The notes under the pieces: model-generated
Seen by the model: the letters and a program-made list of their open reading frames with translations, nothing else
What the model was told of the DNA's origin: nothing
The model's database searches: none
Program-made: the position numbers and the translations under genes
From: Candidatus Hydrogenedentota bacterium
Lineage (GTDB): Bacteria; Hydrogenedentota; Hydrogenedentia; Hydrogenedentales; SLHB01
Reading direction: 5' to 3'
Assembly: GCA_045863335.1 (NCBI GenBank)
Contig: BTVY01000002.1
Location: 64,001 to 128,000, forward strand
DNA length: 64,000 nucleotides
Shown here: positions 46,584 through 56,038 of the stretch, one piece after another
Layout: every line of letters starts with the position of its first letter
Numbering within the stretch: the first letter of the stretch is position 1

Positions 46584-47846
46584 CTACTGGGGTAGTTTCA
46601 GGAAACCGCTCCCGCCTTTGAGCCAACGCTCCATAGTTTTCGGGTCGCCGGTGATTTGGTGGTGGGGTTCGTCGCTCGCCGGGAGCGTTTCCAGGCTGCC
46701 CATTTCGCGGAAGAGAGGGCTTTTGGGGTCGAAGAGATTGAAGGTGTAGATCCCACTGACGCCGGCTTCCAAGGCGGCGCGCGCTTCGGCCTGCCAGAGG
46801 GCACGGCTGTCGGGACGGCTGCCTTCGGGATTGGACGCGGAGACGATGCGGGATCCGCTGAGGCAGGCGTAGACGGGGACCTCGTACTGCTTGCCGATGG
46901 CGACCATGTTCTCCCAGGGTTCGAGGTGGAAGTAACCGGTGAGCGACACGATATCGACAAGGTCCTCTTTCAGCCAGGTTTCCCAGTCGAGCCCGATGCC
47001 CTTCGCGTATCCAAGCGAATCGGGGACACGGATGGCGATGAGAATGGGTCGCCCGCGTTGCGTGCCGATCATCTCGGTCATGATCCGTACCCGGCGGATG
47101 AGATCGGTCATCTGGTCGCAGTGCTCTTGCGTGACGGGTTCGCCAATCATTTGGGGTTTGAAGTAGACCGGATGCCGGAAGAAATCCATTTCGATACCGT
47201 CCACGTCGTAACGCGCGCAGACATCGGCGAAGATCCGGAAGACCTTATCGCGCACCTCGGGCAGGCCGTAGTTGACGGCGGACCAGCGCCCGCCGCCGTG
47301 GGGGAACTTCTCCCCCTTCTTCCCCATCAGGTACTCGGAATGATCCTGTTTCCACTGGCATAAGAGCGCGTCGTCGCCCGAGTCATGAGTGTCGTTCATC
47401 CGCATGGACCAGAAGGCTTCCATGTCGTTGGCGTGGCAGAAGCGGACGATCTCGGTCAGCGAGTCGGTGCCTTGCTTCGTCAGTTCCCAGGCCCAGTCCA
47501 GCGCTTCGCGGTCGCCGTGGCCGCGCAATTCGGTTTCTTTGCTCGCGTGGGTGTAGAGGTTGAACACGCCCGTGCAGTAGAAGATCGCGTCCACCTGGGA
47601 CCCTGCCAAGGGCGTGGTCCGGTTCGCGAGGAAATCTTCGACCGTGTGCTCCTGGTCTTTCGTGCGCGCGTCGTTACCGTCGTTGTTCATGATGATGCGG
47701 CGCGGCTGGTGGGCGGCTTCTTTCCGCGCGGCTCGGAGTTGGTCGAGCGTGAGGTTGGCGTCCTGCGCGAACGCGCAAGAAGACATCACGAGAGCGGCGA
47801 GTATCGCGAGGCGCATGCTTCTAGTCGAACTGAACAAAGGAATCAT
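46584..47846 (-). CDS. GHL10/DUF187-like glycoside hydrolase
   Basis: RRIIMNNDG, SMRMNDTHD, YDVDGIEMDFFRHP. Confidence 0.7.
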   Translation of the reverse strand: MIPLFSSTRSMRLAILAALVMSSCAFAQDANLTLDQLRAARKEAAHQPRRIIMNNDGNDARTKDQEHTVEDFLANRTTPLAGSQVDAIFYCTGVFNLYTHASKETELRGHGDREALDWAWELTKQGTDSLTEIVRFCHANDMEAFWSMRMNDTHDSGDDALLCQWKQDHSEYLMGKKGEKFPHGGGRWSAVNYGLPEVRDKVFRIFADVCARYDVDGIEMDFFRHPVYFKPQMIGEPVTQEHCDQMTDLIRRVRIMTEMIGTQRGRPILIAIRVPDSLGYAKGIGLDWETWLKEDLVDIVSLTGYFHLEPWENMVAIGKQYEVPVYACLSGSRIVSASNPEGSRPDSRALWQAEARAALEAGVSGIYTFNLFDPKSPLFREMGSLETLPASDEPHHQITGDPKTMERWLKGGSGFLKLPQ

Positions 47847-47921
47847 TGGGTTCCCCCTTGATTGAATTCGAGACACAAGTAAGTCCACAGCGATACCGAA
47901 CGGAACTCCTCGGTCGATGGC

Positions 47922-48485
47922 CTAGTCTTTGTAGTACCGTACCGATTCTATAATTTGGTCCGCAATCCGAGCCTCCCGCTCCGGCAAATCCGAGTACATC
48001 AAATGCAGCCGCATAGGCACCTCTTCTTTGGACTTCTGGTACGTATACAAGAACTCACGCGACTGCAGCCCCGAATCGGAATTTGGCCTCCAAGAAACGG
48101 ACCGCTTTTCCACCTTTCCCTTGCTTGCAATGTCGATCTGCGCAGTCTTGGGTGCCCGCGCCGGAAAGGGTGGAAAGGCGGCATCGTACGTGACCATGAA
48201 GGATCGAGGGGGATCTTCTCTCAGGTAAAATTCATAGCGAAAGAAATCGGCCTGCTGAGATTCTTCGATCGTGACATTCGCGGGGATTTGCAGCCGGAAC
48301 ACATATGCTTCATATTCCACGAAATCCACATCATCTTCTTCGATTAAGTTCTCCGGCTCGGACGATTCGTCGCGGGAGGAAACAAGTCCGTCGCTGCGAC
48401 AGCCGCTATTAGTGGCCATGACAATTCCGGTGAGTACCATCCCGACGAGAAGACATCGACTAATTGTTCTTTGGACGTTCATCAT
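47922..48485 (-). CDS. hypothetical (lipo)protein
   Basis: Hydrophobic N-terminus followed by SGC; start uncertain. Confidence 0.5.
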   Translation of the reverse strand: MMNVQRTISRCLLVGMVLTGIVMATNSGCRSDGLVSSRDESSEPENLIEEDDVDFVEYEAYVFRLQIPANVTIEESQQADFFRYEFYLREDPPRSFMVTYDAAFPPFPARAPKTAQIDIASKGKVEKRSVSWRPNSDSGLQSREFLYTYQKSKEEVPMRLHLMYSDLPEREARIADQIIESVRYYKD

Positions 48486-48505
48486 TGAGAACTCCCTTAC
48501 TTTCG

Positions 48506-49915
48506 TCACATCGGTTTCGCGTCACGACACCGCGCGGTTTCGGCAATTTGGTATTCGATCTGTTCCGGGGTGAGTTGTTCGGGGGACCAGGCAGCGGGTT
48601 TGGGGTCGGGGACGGTCAGGGGGACGGGGTCGTCGTATTGGCGTTGGAGTTCGGCGAGTTTGTCCATCATGGTTTGGATACGTTGCGCGTGGTCCGGATT
48701 TGACGCAAGGTCGTTCTGTTCGAGGGGGTCGTTCTGCAGGTCGAAGAGTTGGGTCTTGTCGATGAGGGGATAGCGGATGAGCTTCCAGCGGCCGTCGGTT
48801 ACGGCGCGCTGTCCTTCCTGGTAGGCGGTGTACAGCCAGTCCCGGACGCCGGAGTCGCGATCGTCAATGACCGGCGCGAGGCTTTTCCCTTCGACGTTGG
48901 CGGGATTGGGGACGTTCGTAAGGTCGCACACCGTGGGGAAAATGTCCATGAGATAGGCGAGCGCGTCGGTGTCGCCTTCCGGAATGCCGGGTCCAGCGAA
49001 GACGAGGGGCACGTGCATGCCGCCAAACTCGTACAGATTCTGCTTGCCGAGGAGGCCGTGATCGCCGAGGGAAAGGCCGTTATCCCCGGCGATGACGAAA
49101 AGGGTGTTGTCGTATTGGCCGGCGTCCTTCAGGGCCTGCACCACGCGACCGACCTCGGCGTCGAGATAGGCGATGGACGCGTAGTACCGCGCGAGTTTGC
49201 CCTTCACCTCCTCCGGCGTGCGTGGGAAGGGCAGGGTCATTTCGTCGCGGATGGTCATGGCGCCGTTGTCGAAGGGTTGATACGGGGCGAAGCGCGCGGG
49301 CAGCGGCACCTCCTCCGGCGGATACTGGGCGTAGAATTCGTCAGCCGCGTACTGGGGATCGTGGGGTTCGCGGCCGGCCATGTAGATGAACATGGGCGAT
49401 TTCGAGGCAGTCCGGCCGATGAAGTCGATGACATCGTCGGCGACCGCCCCCGCCCAACCGGGATCGGTGGTTTCGTCGAACTCGCTCGTGATGGGTTTGG
49501 GCGAATTCCCGAACTTGCCCGCGTGCATCGTGGTGTAGCCCGCATCTTTCATGACCCGCGGGAAGGTATGCGTCGCGGGATCATCGCCGCTGGCGTCGCC
49601 GGTGGCATGGAAGAGCGAGCGCCCGGTCAGCATCATGGTGCGGCTGGGCAGGCAGACCGCGCCCACCATGGAGCCCATGGTGTAGGCCCGACGAAAACGG
49701 CAGCCGCGACTGACGAGGGCATCGAAGTTGGGCGTCTTGACGACGGGATTGCCCAGGGACGCAAAGCCATCTGGCCTGAGGTCGTCGATGAAGATGCAGA
49801 CCACGTTAGGCCGGTCCGGCGTTTGCGCTATCGCGCGATTCGCCGCCATGGCCGTCATCACGGAAGCCGAAGTGTATTTCAGAAACGATCTGCGGGTCGT
49901 TGAAGTCATCGTCAT
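48506..49915 (-). CDS. sulfatase (FGly, Cys-type), Tat signal
   Basis: TRRSFLK, FIDD, CLPSR..MLTGR, GKF, DNG, GKQNLYE. Confidence 0.92.
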   Translation of the reverse strand: MTMTSTTRRSFLKYTSASVMTAMAANRAIAQTPDRPNVVCIFIDDLRPDGFASLGNPVVKTPNFDALVSRGCRFRRAYTMGSMVGAVCLPSRTMMLTGRSLFHATGDASGDDPATHTFPRVMKDAGYTTMHAGKFGNSPKPITSEFDETTDPGWAGAVADDVIDFIGRTASKSPMFIYMAGREPHDPQYAADEFYAQYPPEEVPLPARFAPYQPFDNGAMTIRDEMTLPFPRTPEEVKGKLARYYASIAYLDAEVGRVVQALKDAGQYDNTLFVIAGDNGLSLGDHGLLGKQNLYEFGGMHVPLVFAGPGIPEGDTDALAYLMDIFPTVCDLTNVPNPANVEGKSLAPVIDDRDSGVRDWLYTAYQEGQRAVTDGRWKLIRYPLIDKTQLFDLQNDPLEQNDLASNPDHAQRIQTMMDKLAELQRQYDDPVPLTVPDPKPAAWSPEQLTPEQIEYQIAETARCRDAKPM

Positions 49916-50018
49916 CCCTCCTCTCGCGCCGGAAATGTCATGAGCATGAAAGTGTAACCTCCTCAGACCGAGAATGAAACGGAGGGTGTTTCTCGCGTCA
50001 GGGGAGTCTCAACCGCAT

Positions 50019-50096
50019 GTAGCGCAGGCGTCACGCCTGCTGTTTGTCTCCGGTCGATACGCTTGGCGAAGAAGCAGGCGGGGACGCCTGCGCTAC
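50019..50096. repeat. GTAG-type REP doublet
   Basis: Same REP as 32500-32565 and shares the spacer CTTGGCGAAGAA. Confidence 0.85.
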
Positions 50097-50196
50097 ATGG
50101 GAGCCTCGGTCCTGTCACCTTTTTGGCCGCTGAAACGTCTTTCTTTAGGATAGCAAGGCCACGTGAACTTCCTGGTGAACCAATAGGGGCTAATCG

Positions 50197-51519
50197 ATGC
50201 GAATTATCTCCATTCTAACGTTGTGTTTCGTTGGCTTCGCCGCAGGCGCCGCCGAACGCCCGGATCTGACCGGAACCATTTATGACGAAACAGAGAAGCC
50301 GTACGAGGGGGCCATGGTGAGTATCTACACGGCGAAGCCGCGTACGGGAACCGGGATTGTTTGTCCGTCCTGTTATCTGGACTGTGCGAAGCGGTCGACG
50401 ACGGGTGAGGATGGCTCGTTCGAGGTGAAGGCATTGGACCCATCCCTGCTCTTTCGCGTGCTGGTAATCGCGGAGGGTTACACGCCCATGTTCGTGGACA
50501 ATGTCGATCCACTCACCGGACCGATTCGCGTGAAGCTGGTCAAGCAGGATCCCTCGCGGAACGAACCGGGCCATGTGCTGCGGGGAAAGGTGCTCGATCC
50601 GAATGGGAAACCGGTTGCAGGTGCGAAGATTGAACCCTACGCGATGCATTACGGCACCACCAATCAATACGGGGGACTGGACGGAGTCGATCCCTTGTCC
50701 GCCACGAATGCGAAGGGTGAGTTTGCGGTGACCAGTGAGAAGCCCGACCTCGTGTTGAGCGTTAAAGTCGAGGCTCGGGGTCTGGCGGCGCAGAATTTCA
50801 CGCGTCTCGCCGCAGGAGACGACGTGCATGAACTGACGATGGGCTACGGGGCAACGGTATCCGGCCGCATCGAAAAGGGTGGCGAGCCCGTGCCGGGGGT
50901 CGTAATTGGAATCGTGCAAACGGACCGCAGTTCGGAGTCGTTTTTAGGGGAGATCGAGGTCGCGACTGACGACCAGGGCCGGTTTACCTTTGCGAACGTG
51001 CCGCCGAACGACGAGTATGCGGTCTACGGGCAATTGGCCGACGCGAGTTCAGTAGGGGCCGTACCCGTCAAAGTGGTCCGCACGGAAAGCGACGGTAGTC
51101 TCCTGGATGCGGGGGTGCTGTCGGTCGAGCCAGGGCATTCGGTTTCCGGGCAGGTCGTGCTGTCAGATGGCGGGGCGTTGCCGCGCGACGTGCGTATGAT
51201 GATTTCGCGTGAACTCGCGTGGGACTGGCTTGAAGTGCCCGTGGACGAGTCTGGGCATTTCGAGGCACACAACTTGCCTTCCGAGGAGTACACGATTGGT
51301 TGCCGCATTCCCGATTATCACCTGTCGCCCAAGAACTACAGCCTCGATCCGCTCAACAAGTTCAGTCTCATGGGTCGCATCGACGCGGACATCGCAGACC
51401 TGACCCTGCTCTTCGAGCCCGGAAAGTTCGAGTGGCAGCAAGCGCCGCAGGAAGCCAGCACGCGGTACACGGAACTGAAGTCCGAGCCGATCCAGGGTGC
51501 GGATTGGCCGGAACGGTAA
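50197..51519 (+). CDS. secreted carboxypeptidase-regulatory-like domain repeat protein
   Basis: Repeated G.V...G.PV.GA / T...G.F modules; CPSCYLDC motif. Confidence 0.75.
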   Translation: MRIISILTLCFVGFAAGAAERPDLTGTIYDETEKPYEGAMVSIYTAKPRTGTGIVCPSCYLDCAKRSTTGEDGSFEVKALDPSLLFRVLVIAEGYTPMFVDNVDPLTGPIRVKLVKQDPSRNEPGHVLRGKVLDPNGKPVAGAKIEPYAMHYGTTNQYGGLDGVDPLSATNAKGEFAVTSEKPDLVLSVKVEARGLAAQNFTRLAAGDDVHELTMGYGATVSGRIEKGGEPVPGVVIGIVQTDRSSESFLGEIEVATDDQGRFTFANVPPNDEYAVYGQLADASSVGAVPVKVVRTESDGSLLDAGVLSVEPGHSVSGQVVLSDGGALPRDVRMMISRELAWDWLEVPVDESGHFEAHNLPSEEYTIGCRIPDYHLSPKNYSLDPLNKFSLMGRIDADIADLTLLFEPGKFEWQQAPQEASTRYTELKSEPIQGADWPER

Positions 51520-51634
51520 GGCGTAACCAAATCCGAAACATATCCGAATGACCAAAATCAGAAATGGGATTTGTCGTGGGAATGATGTCGATCAATGGAG
51601 GACTTGCTAGAATTCTCCAGCGTCGGATGCGGGC

Positions 51635-52009
51635 CTAATGCTTTCCTCCGTGCTTCGCGACGAGATTGCGCACGGCAGGAAGCAGCTCCACGTTGATCTC
51701 GACGGCGGTGTGTTCGGGCACTTCGAATGCGGCCATGCCCACACCGCTGATCCCGGCATCGGGCCCTTGCTCGACCCAGGGCAGTTCGGTGGTTTGCCAC
51801 TCGATTGCCCCGAGTACGGGCATGCTCTTGACCTCATCTGACGAGACCTCCGAAAGGGGTGGGTCGACGGTCTTGCCTTCCTTCGGCACCGCTTTCCCGG
51901 CAGCAGCGTTGGCGATGCCGTTGAAGCAGGTACACAAAACGACCAGTGCCAGAAGGACGAATCCGTATCGTGCTGCGGCCATAGTCCGGCAGCGTTTCGT
52001 TTCCCTCAT
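51635..52009 (-). pseudogene. possible internally deleted secreted protein
   Basis: Signal peptide and the start of a domain (IEWQTTELPWV..GP.AGISG) abruptly joined to a short C-terminus. Confidence 0.35.
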
Positions 52010-52166
52010 CATATCCGCCCCGAATTGAGCGATTCACCCACGGCAGGGCTAACGATCACAAGGGTATTTCGGTTGCCAACAAGGGCGCAACTTTGTCCAT
52101 TCACTTTTGCTGGCGGCTGAGATTCGGTACACTGCTGAGAGTCGCAGTATTCAGGAGGAACCGGAA

Positions 52167-53399
52167 ATGACTGGCAACGAAACTACACGAGTTGGACGGC
52201 GGGAGTTCTTGAAGACGGCGTCGGCGGGGACGGCCGGATTGGTGCTGGCGTCGGCGGGGGCGGCGCAAGGCACGGGGGCGAATTCGAAGCTGCAGCTCGG
52301 CATCATCGGGTGCGGGGGCCGCGGGGCTTGGATCGGCAATCTGTTCCAGCAGAACTCGAACACGAAGGTGGTCGCCTTGCACGACTACTTCGAGGACCAG
52401 GTGTTGTCGACCGCGCAACGGCTCGACGTGCAGGCCGAATGCACGTACACGGGCCTCGACGGGTACAAGGAGCTGGTTGCGCGGGAAGACGTGGACGCAG
52501 TGGCGATCATCAGTCCCCCCTACTTCCATCCCGATCAGGTCGTGGCGGCGCTGGCAGCGGGCAAACACGTATACCTTGCGAAACCCATCGCGGTGGACGT
52601 GCCGGGATGTCAGGCGATTGTAGACGCCGCGAACGCCGCCCAAGGCACGCTATCGACGCTGGTGGATTTCCAGACCCGGAACAACGAGTTCTTCCGCGAG
52701 GCGGCGAAGCGGGTTCATGAAGGTCAGATTGGCGAGCCGGTCTGCGGCCAGACCTTCTACCACACGGGGCGCTTGAACCTGAAGGCACAGCCGGGCACCG
52801 AGGTCGCGCGCGTGCGGAACTGGGTGTTCGACAAGGCGCTGTCGGGGGACATCATCGTGGAGCAGAACATCCACGTGCTGGACGTGGCGAACTGGTTTCT
52901 CGAGGCGCACCCGGTCGAGGCGCAGGGCACGGGCGGGCGGAAAGCGCGGACCGACGTGGGCGATTGCTGGGACCACTTCATCGTGACCTACCGCTACCCG
53001 AACGATGTGCTCATGGACTTCAGCTCGACCCAGTTCAACATCGGGTTCGACGACCTCTGCACGCGGGTCTTCGGGAAAGAAGGCACGGTCGAGTCCCACT
53101 ACGGCGGCGACGTTTTCATCAAGGACCGCAAGGGCGGGTGGCCCGGCGGCGCCACGTCGATCATCTACCAGGACGGCGCCATCAACAACATCAAGGATTT
53201 CTGTGCGAGCATCGAGACCGGCGAGTATCTGAACAACTCGCAGGAAAGCGCGAACAGCACGCTGACGAGCATCCTGGGGCGGATGGCCGCGTACGAGGGC
53301 CGTCCGGTGACCTGGGATGAGATGATGGAGCGGGCCGAGCGATTGGACGCGAATCTGATCCTTCCCGAGGACGGGCCGACGACGCCGCGCCAGATTTGA
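52167..53399 (+). CDS. Gfo/Idh/MocA oxidoreductase, Tat signal
   Basis: GRREFLK, GIIGCGGRG, SPPYFH, LAKP, EQNIH.LD. Confidence 0.9.
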   Translation: MTGNETTRVGRREFLKTASAGTAGLVLASAGAAQGTGANSKLQLGIIGCGGRGAWIGNLFQQNSNTKVVALHDYFEDQVLSTAQRLDVQAECTYTGLDGYKELVAREDVDAVAIISPPYFHPDQVVAALAAGKHVYLAKPIAVDVPGCQAIVDAANAAQGTLSTLVDFQTRNNEFFREAAKRVHEGQIGEPVCGQTFYHTGRLNLKAQPGTEVARVRNWVFDKALSGDIIVEQNIHVLDVANWFLEAHPVEAQGTGGRKARTDVGDCWDHFIVTYRYPNDVLMDFSSTQFNIGFDDLCTRVFGKEGTVESHYGGDVFIKDRKGGWPGGATSIIYQDGAINNIKDFCASIETGEYLNNSQESANSTLTSILGRMAAYEGRPVTWDEMMERAERLDANLILPEDGPTTPRQI

Positions 53400-53544
53400 A
53401 CGCCGGGAATAAAGGGCTAATCCTGATAGTTAATGTGAGGAATGGCGGCGGTTGGGGCCGTTGCGATTCAAATCAAAGTTACTCTGGCAGGGCCGTCTAT
53501 GCGCCCAAATTTCAGGTAGTTGGTACGTCTGGAGGATAGTGAGA

Positions 53545-54063
53545 ATGCCCCCGATTTACGATCCGGAAGCTGTGAAGCCCATGTGGGAAGAGTTGGTTGC
53601 CGTTGGAATTCGCCCGCTGACCTCACCGGAGCAAGTGGACGAAGTGCTTGCGAACGGCGCCAAGGGAAGCACCTTGCTGGTGATCAATTCCGTATGCGGG
53701 TGCGCGGCAGGCGCGTGCCGGCCGGGGGTGATGCTGTCGCTTCAGAACGAGGTGATTCCCGACAATCTGGTAACGGTGTTTGCGGGGGTCGACACGGAGG
53801 CCACACAGCGGGCGCGGCAACTCATGCCGGATGTGCCGGCCTCGTCTCCGAACATCGTTCTGTTCAAAGACGGCAAACCGACGCATGCGTTACAGCGTCA
53901 CCACATCGAACAGATGACGGCGGTGGACATTGCAAACACGCTGAAGCAGATCTTCGACAAGGAGTGCTCGCGAAAGGGGCCGTCGGTACCGCCGGAGCAG
54001 TTCGAGAAGATCGATCCGGTCCAGCAGTGCGGGTCTTCGATTCCCCTTTACCCCGGCAACTAA
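53545..54063 (+). CDS. BrxA/BrxB-family bacilliredoxin
   Basis: INSVCGCAAG..RPG, TVFAGVD.EAT, SSP.I.LFKDG; GGAGG RBS. Confidence 0.88.
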   Translation: MPPIYDPEAVKPMWEELVAVGIRPLTSPEQVDEVLANGAKGSTLLVINSVCGCAAGACRPGVMLSLQNEVIPDNLVTVFAGVDTEATQRARQLMPDVPASSPNIVLFKDGKPTHALQRHHIEQMTAVDIANTLKQIFDKECSRKGPSVPPEQFEKIDPVQQCGSSIPLYPGN

Positions 54064-54081
54064 GCGAACGAGAGAATTTTC

Positions 54082-54114
54082 AACGGCGCACGAGACGTGG
54101 TTTCGTGCGCCGTT
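54082..54114. terminator. hairpin between convergent genes
   Basis: AACGGCGCACGA...TCGTGCGCCGTT. Confidence 0.65.
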
Positions 54115-54115
54115 C

Positions 54116-54955
54116 TTATTTTTCGGGGGCGGGGCGTTTGCCGAAGAACCGCTTCCAGATGATCGTGAACGAGGGGCCTTCAAAATCGTCGCGCTCGTCG
54201 AAGAAGCGGTTGTAGCTCGCGTTGAAAGAAAGTTGGCTGCGCTTGCTGATGGGTACGTCAGCGCCGATGTTCGCACTGACACTCGGCAAGAGCCATTCGT
54301 CGCTTTCCGTGTAGTCGACCAGGTTGTCAAAAGGCTTGAACCCCACCTTCACCTTGGCCTTGTAGGTGGCGTTGGTCCAGGTCACTCGAGGGCCCACGTT
54401 CAGTTTCGTTCCTCGCAACCGATCCATGACCCCGTCGTACTCGCGCAGTGCCGGCATGCCGAAGGGAAAGTAGTCGGCACCGATACCTCCGTACAACGCG
54501 CCGCGCTTGATCTCGAAATCGGTGTGAAGCGGCAGAATGAGGATGCTGGGATCGTCGGCCTTCGTGCGCACTTTACCCGCCGCGTACCCGGCCTGCGCGA
54601 AAACAGCCCATTTCGGAGACATGACGCGGCCCACGCCGATGTACGGGACCCAGAGGAGGCCGCTATCACGGAGGTCGCCGACGGTCATGACGTCGTCATA
54701 CGTCGGTGAAAGAAAACCCATGGTGCTGTTGAAATAGCGGTCGATGAGTTGTTCGCTCTCGATACCGGGATGGGCGTTCGAGAAGCCCAGCAGAAAGAAC
54801 CAAGGCGAGTTCTCGCGGACTTTGGATTCGTCGGCGAGAAGTTCTCGCGTCGGCGCCGTATCGTCGGGAGGCGGCTGCGGTGGTTCGCCGGCCCAGGCAT
54901 TCATTGCGATAGCGAGTGCTACGGCAAAGATGCACACCAAGACTCGCAGACGCAC
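54116..54955 (-). CDS. putative outer-membrane beta-barrel protein
   Basis: Signal peptide and alternating aromatic/Gly strands. Confidence 0.55.
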   Translation of the reverse strand: MRLRVLVCIFAVALAIAMNAWAGEPPQPPPDDTAPTRELLADESKVRENSPWFFLLGFSNAHPGIESEQLIDRYFNSTMGFLSPTYDDVMTVGDLRDSGLLWVPYIGVGRVMSPKWAVFAQAGYAAGKVRTKADDPSILILPLHTDFEIKRGALYGGIGADYFPFGMPALREYDGVMDRLRGTKLNVGPRVTWTNATYKAKVKVGFKPFDNLVDYTESDEWLLPSVSANIGADVPISKRSQLSFNASYNRFFDERDDFEGPSFTIIWKRFFGKRPAPEK

Positions 54956-55141
54956 GAACCAAGATGTCCCTTCCGACAGAGATCCACCCTCCCTCAGTAC
55001 ATCGTGAATCGCGCTATTGACCGATGAAACCCTACCGCCGCGACCAGTTTACCGATCACCACAGAGCGATCCAACCTGGAAGCGGGCGGTACGGGCAGGG
55101 TAAGGTCAAGGTCCATAGTCGACCTAATGAAGGGATCTCGT

Positions 55142-55540
55142 ATGAGTAAGCAGGTGACGTATGTCCGTTTGGGGGCGGTGTTGGGCGGGCTCGCGGTGGC
55201 GGTGGGGGCATTCGGCGCGCATGGGCTGAAGGCTCGTGTGAGCGCCGAGTTGTTGGAAATCTTCGAGGTGGGGGTTCGGTACCACATGTATCACGCGCTC
55301 GCAATCCTGGCGTTAGGGGTGGCGGCTCCGGCTTTGTGGAATTCCAAGTGGGCGCGACTCGCGTGTCTGGGGTGGACTTTTGGGATCGTGGTGTTTTCGG
55401 GAAGTCTGTACCTTCTGACGTTGACGGGGTTGCGCTGGCTTGGGGCGATCACGCCCATCGGCGGCGTGGCCTTGATCGCGGGTTGGGCTATGGCGGCGAT
55501 TGCCGCGGGCGGGCTTGCGCGGGGGAATGCGGAAGGATGA
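55142..55540 (+). CDS. DUF423 membrane protein
   Basis: GAFGAHGL, YHMYHAL, FSGSLY, GAITPIGG. Confidence 0.92.
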   Translation: MSKQVTYVRLGAVLGGLAVAVGAFGAHGLKARVSAELLEIFEVGVRYHMYHALAILALGVAAPALWNSKWARLACLGWTFGIVVFSGSLYLLTLTGLRWLGAITPIGGVALIAGWAMAAIAAGGLARGNAEG

Positions 55541-55559
55541 GGCAGGGACAGCGAGACTC

Positions 55560-55595
55560 TATGGACTATATGGACCGTATGGACTATATGGACTC
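55560..55595. repeat. 4 x 9-bp tandem repeat (TATGGACTA)
   Basis: tatggacta tatggaccg tatggacta tatggactc, between convergent gene ends. Confidence 0.7.
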
Positions 55596-56038
55596 GAACA
55601 AGGCGTTCACGAAGCGCTTCGTTGCCGCGTAGACCGACGGCGCTTTGCTGGATCTTGGTCCGGCGATGTTGATCACGGCGATTCGATATTGGCGAAGCCA
55701 GGCAGAGATGGCTCCAGAATCCACGGGGTCTTGCAGGTTTACGACGAGATGCGGCTTGCCGAGTTCCTGGGCGCATTCATTTGTAAACGCCGTGCCGTTG
55801 GCGGGCGGGCCCCAGGTCAATATCAAGGTTCCATCCGAGTCGCGGACATTCCAGCGGGTTCGTTCGGCGTAATCCGACGAAGGGGTTTCGATGAGGGGTA
55901 TTTCGGATCGATGGGTCCATCTTCGGCGAGGCGTCCGGAGGGACACCAACCGCCGCAGGGGATTCCACGTTCCAAGGCGACATCGAGGGCAGCGCGGTCG
56001 ACGCCCGTCTGACCGCCGGAGATAATCCGATCAATCAT
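55584..56038 (-). pseudogene. putative molybdenum carrier (SLOG) protein, frameshifted
   Basis: [26 protein letters not shown] in one frame and [26 protein letters not shown] in another. One base is missing at the G4 run near 55895-55898. Confidence 0.8.

Noticed and set aside
51520-51570. A-rich degenerate repeat (AATCCGAAA / AATGACCAAA)
   Set aside because: Too short and degenerate to assign. It is probably a remnant intergenic repeat.
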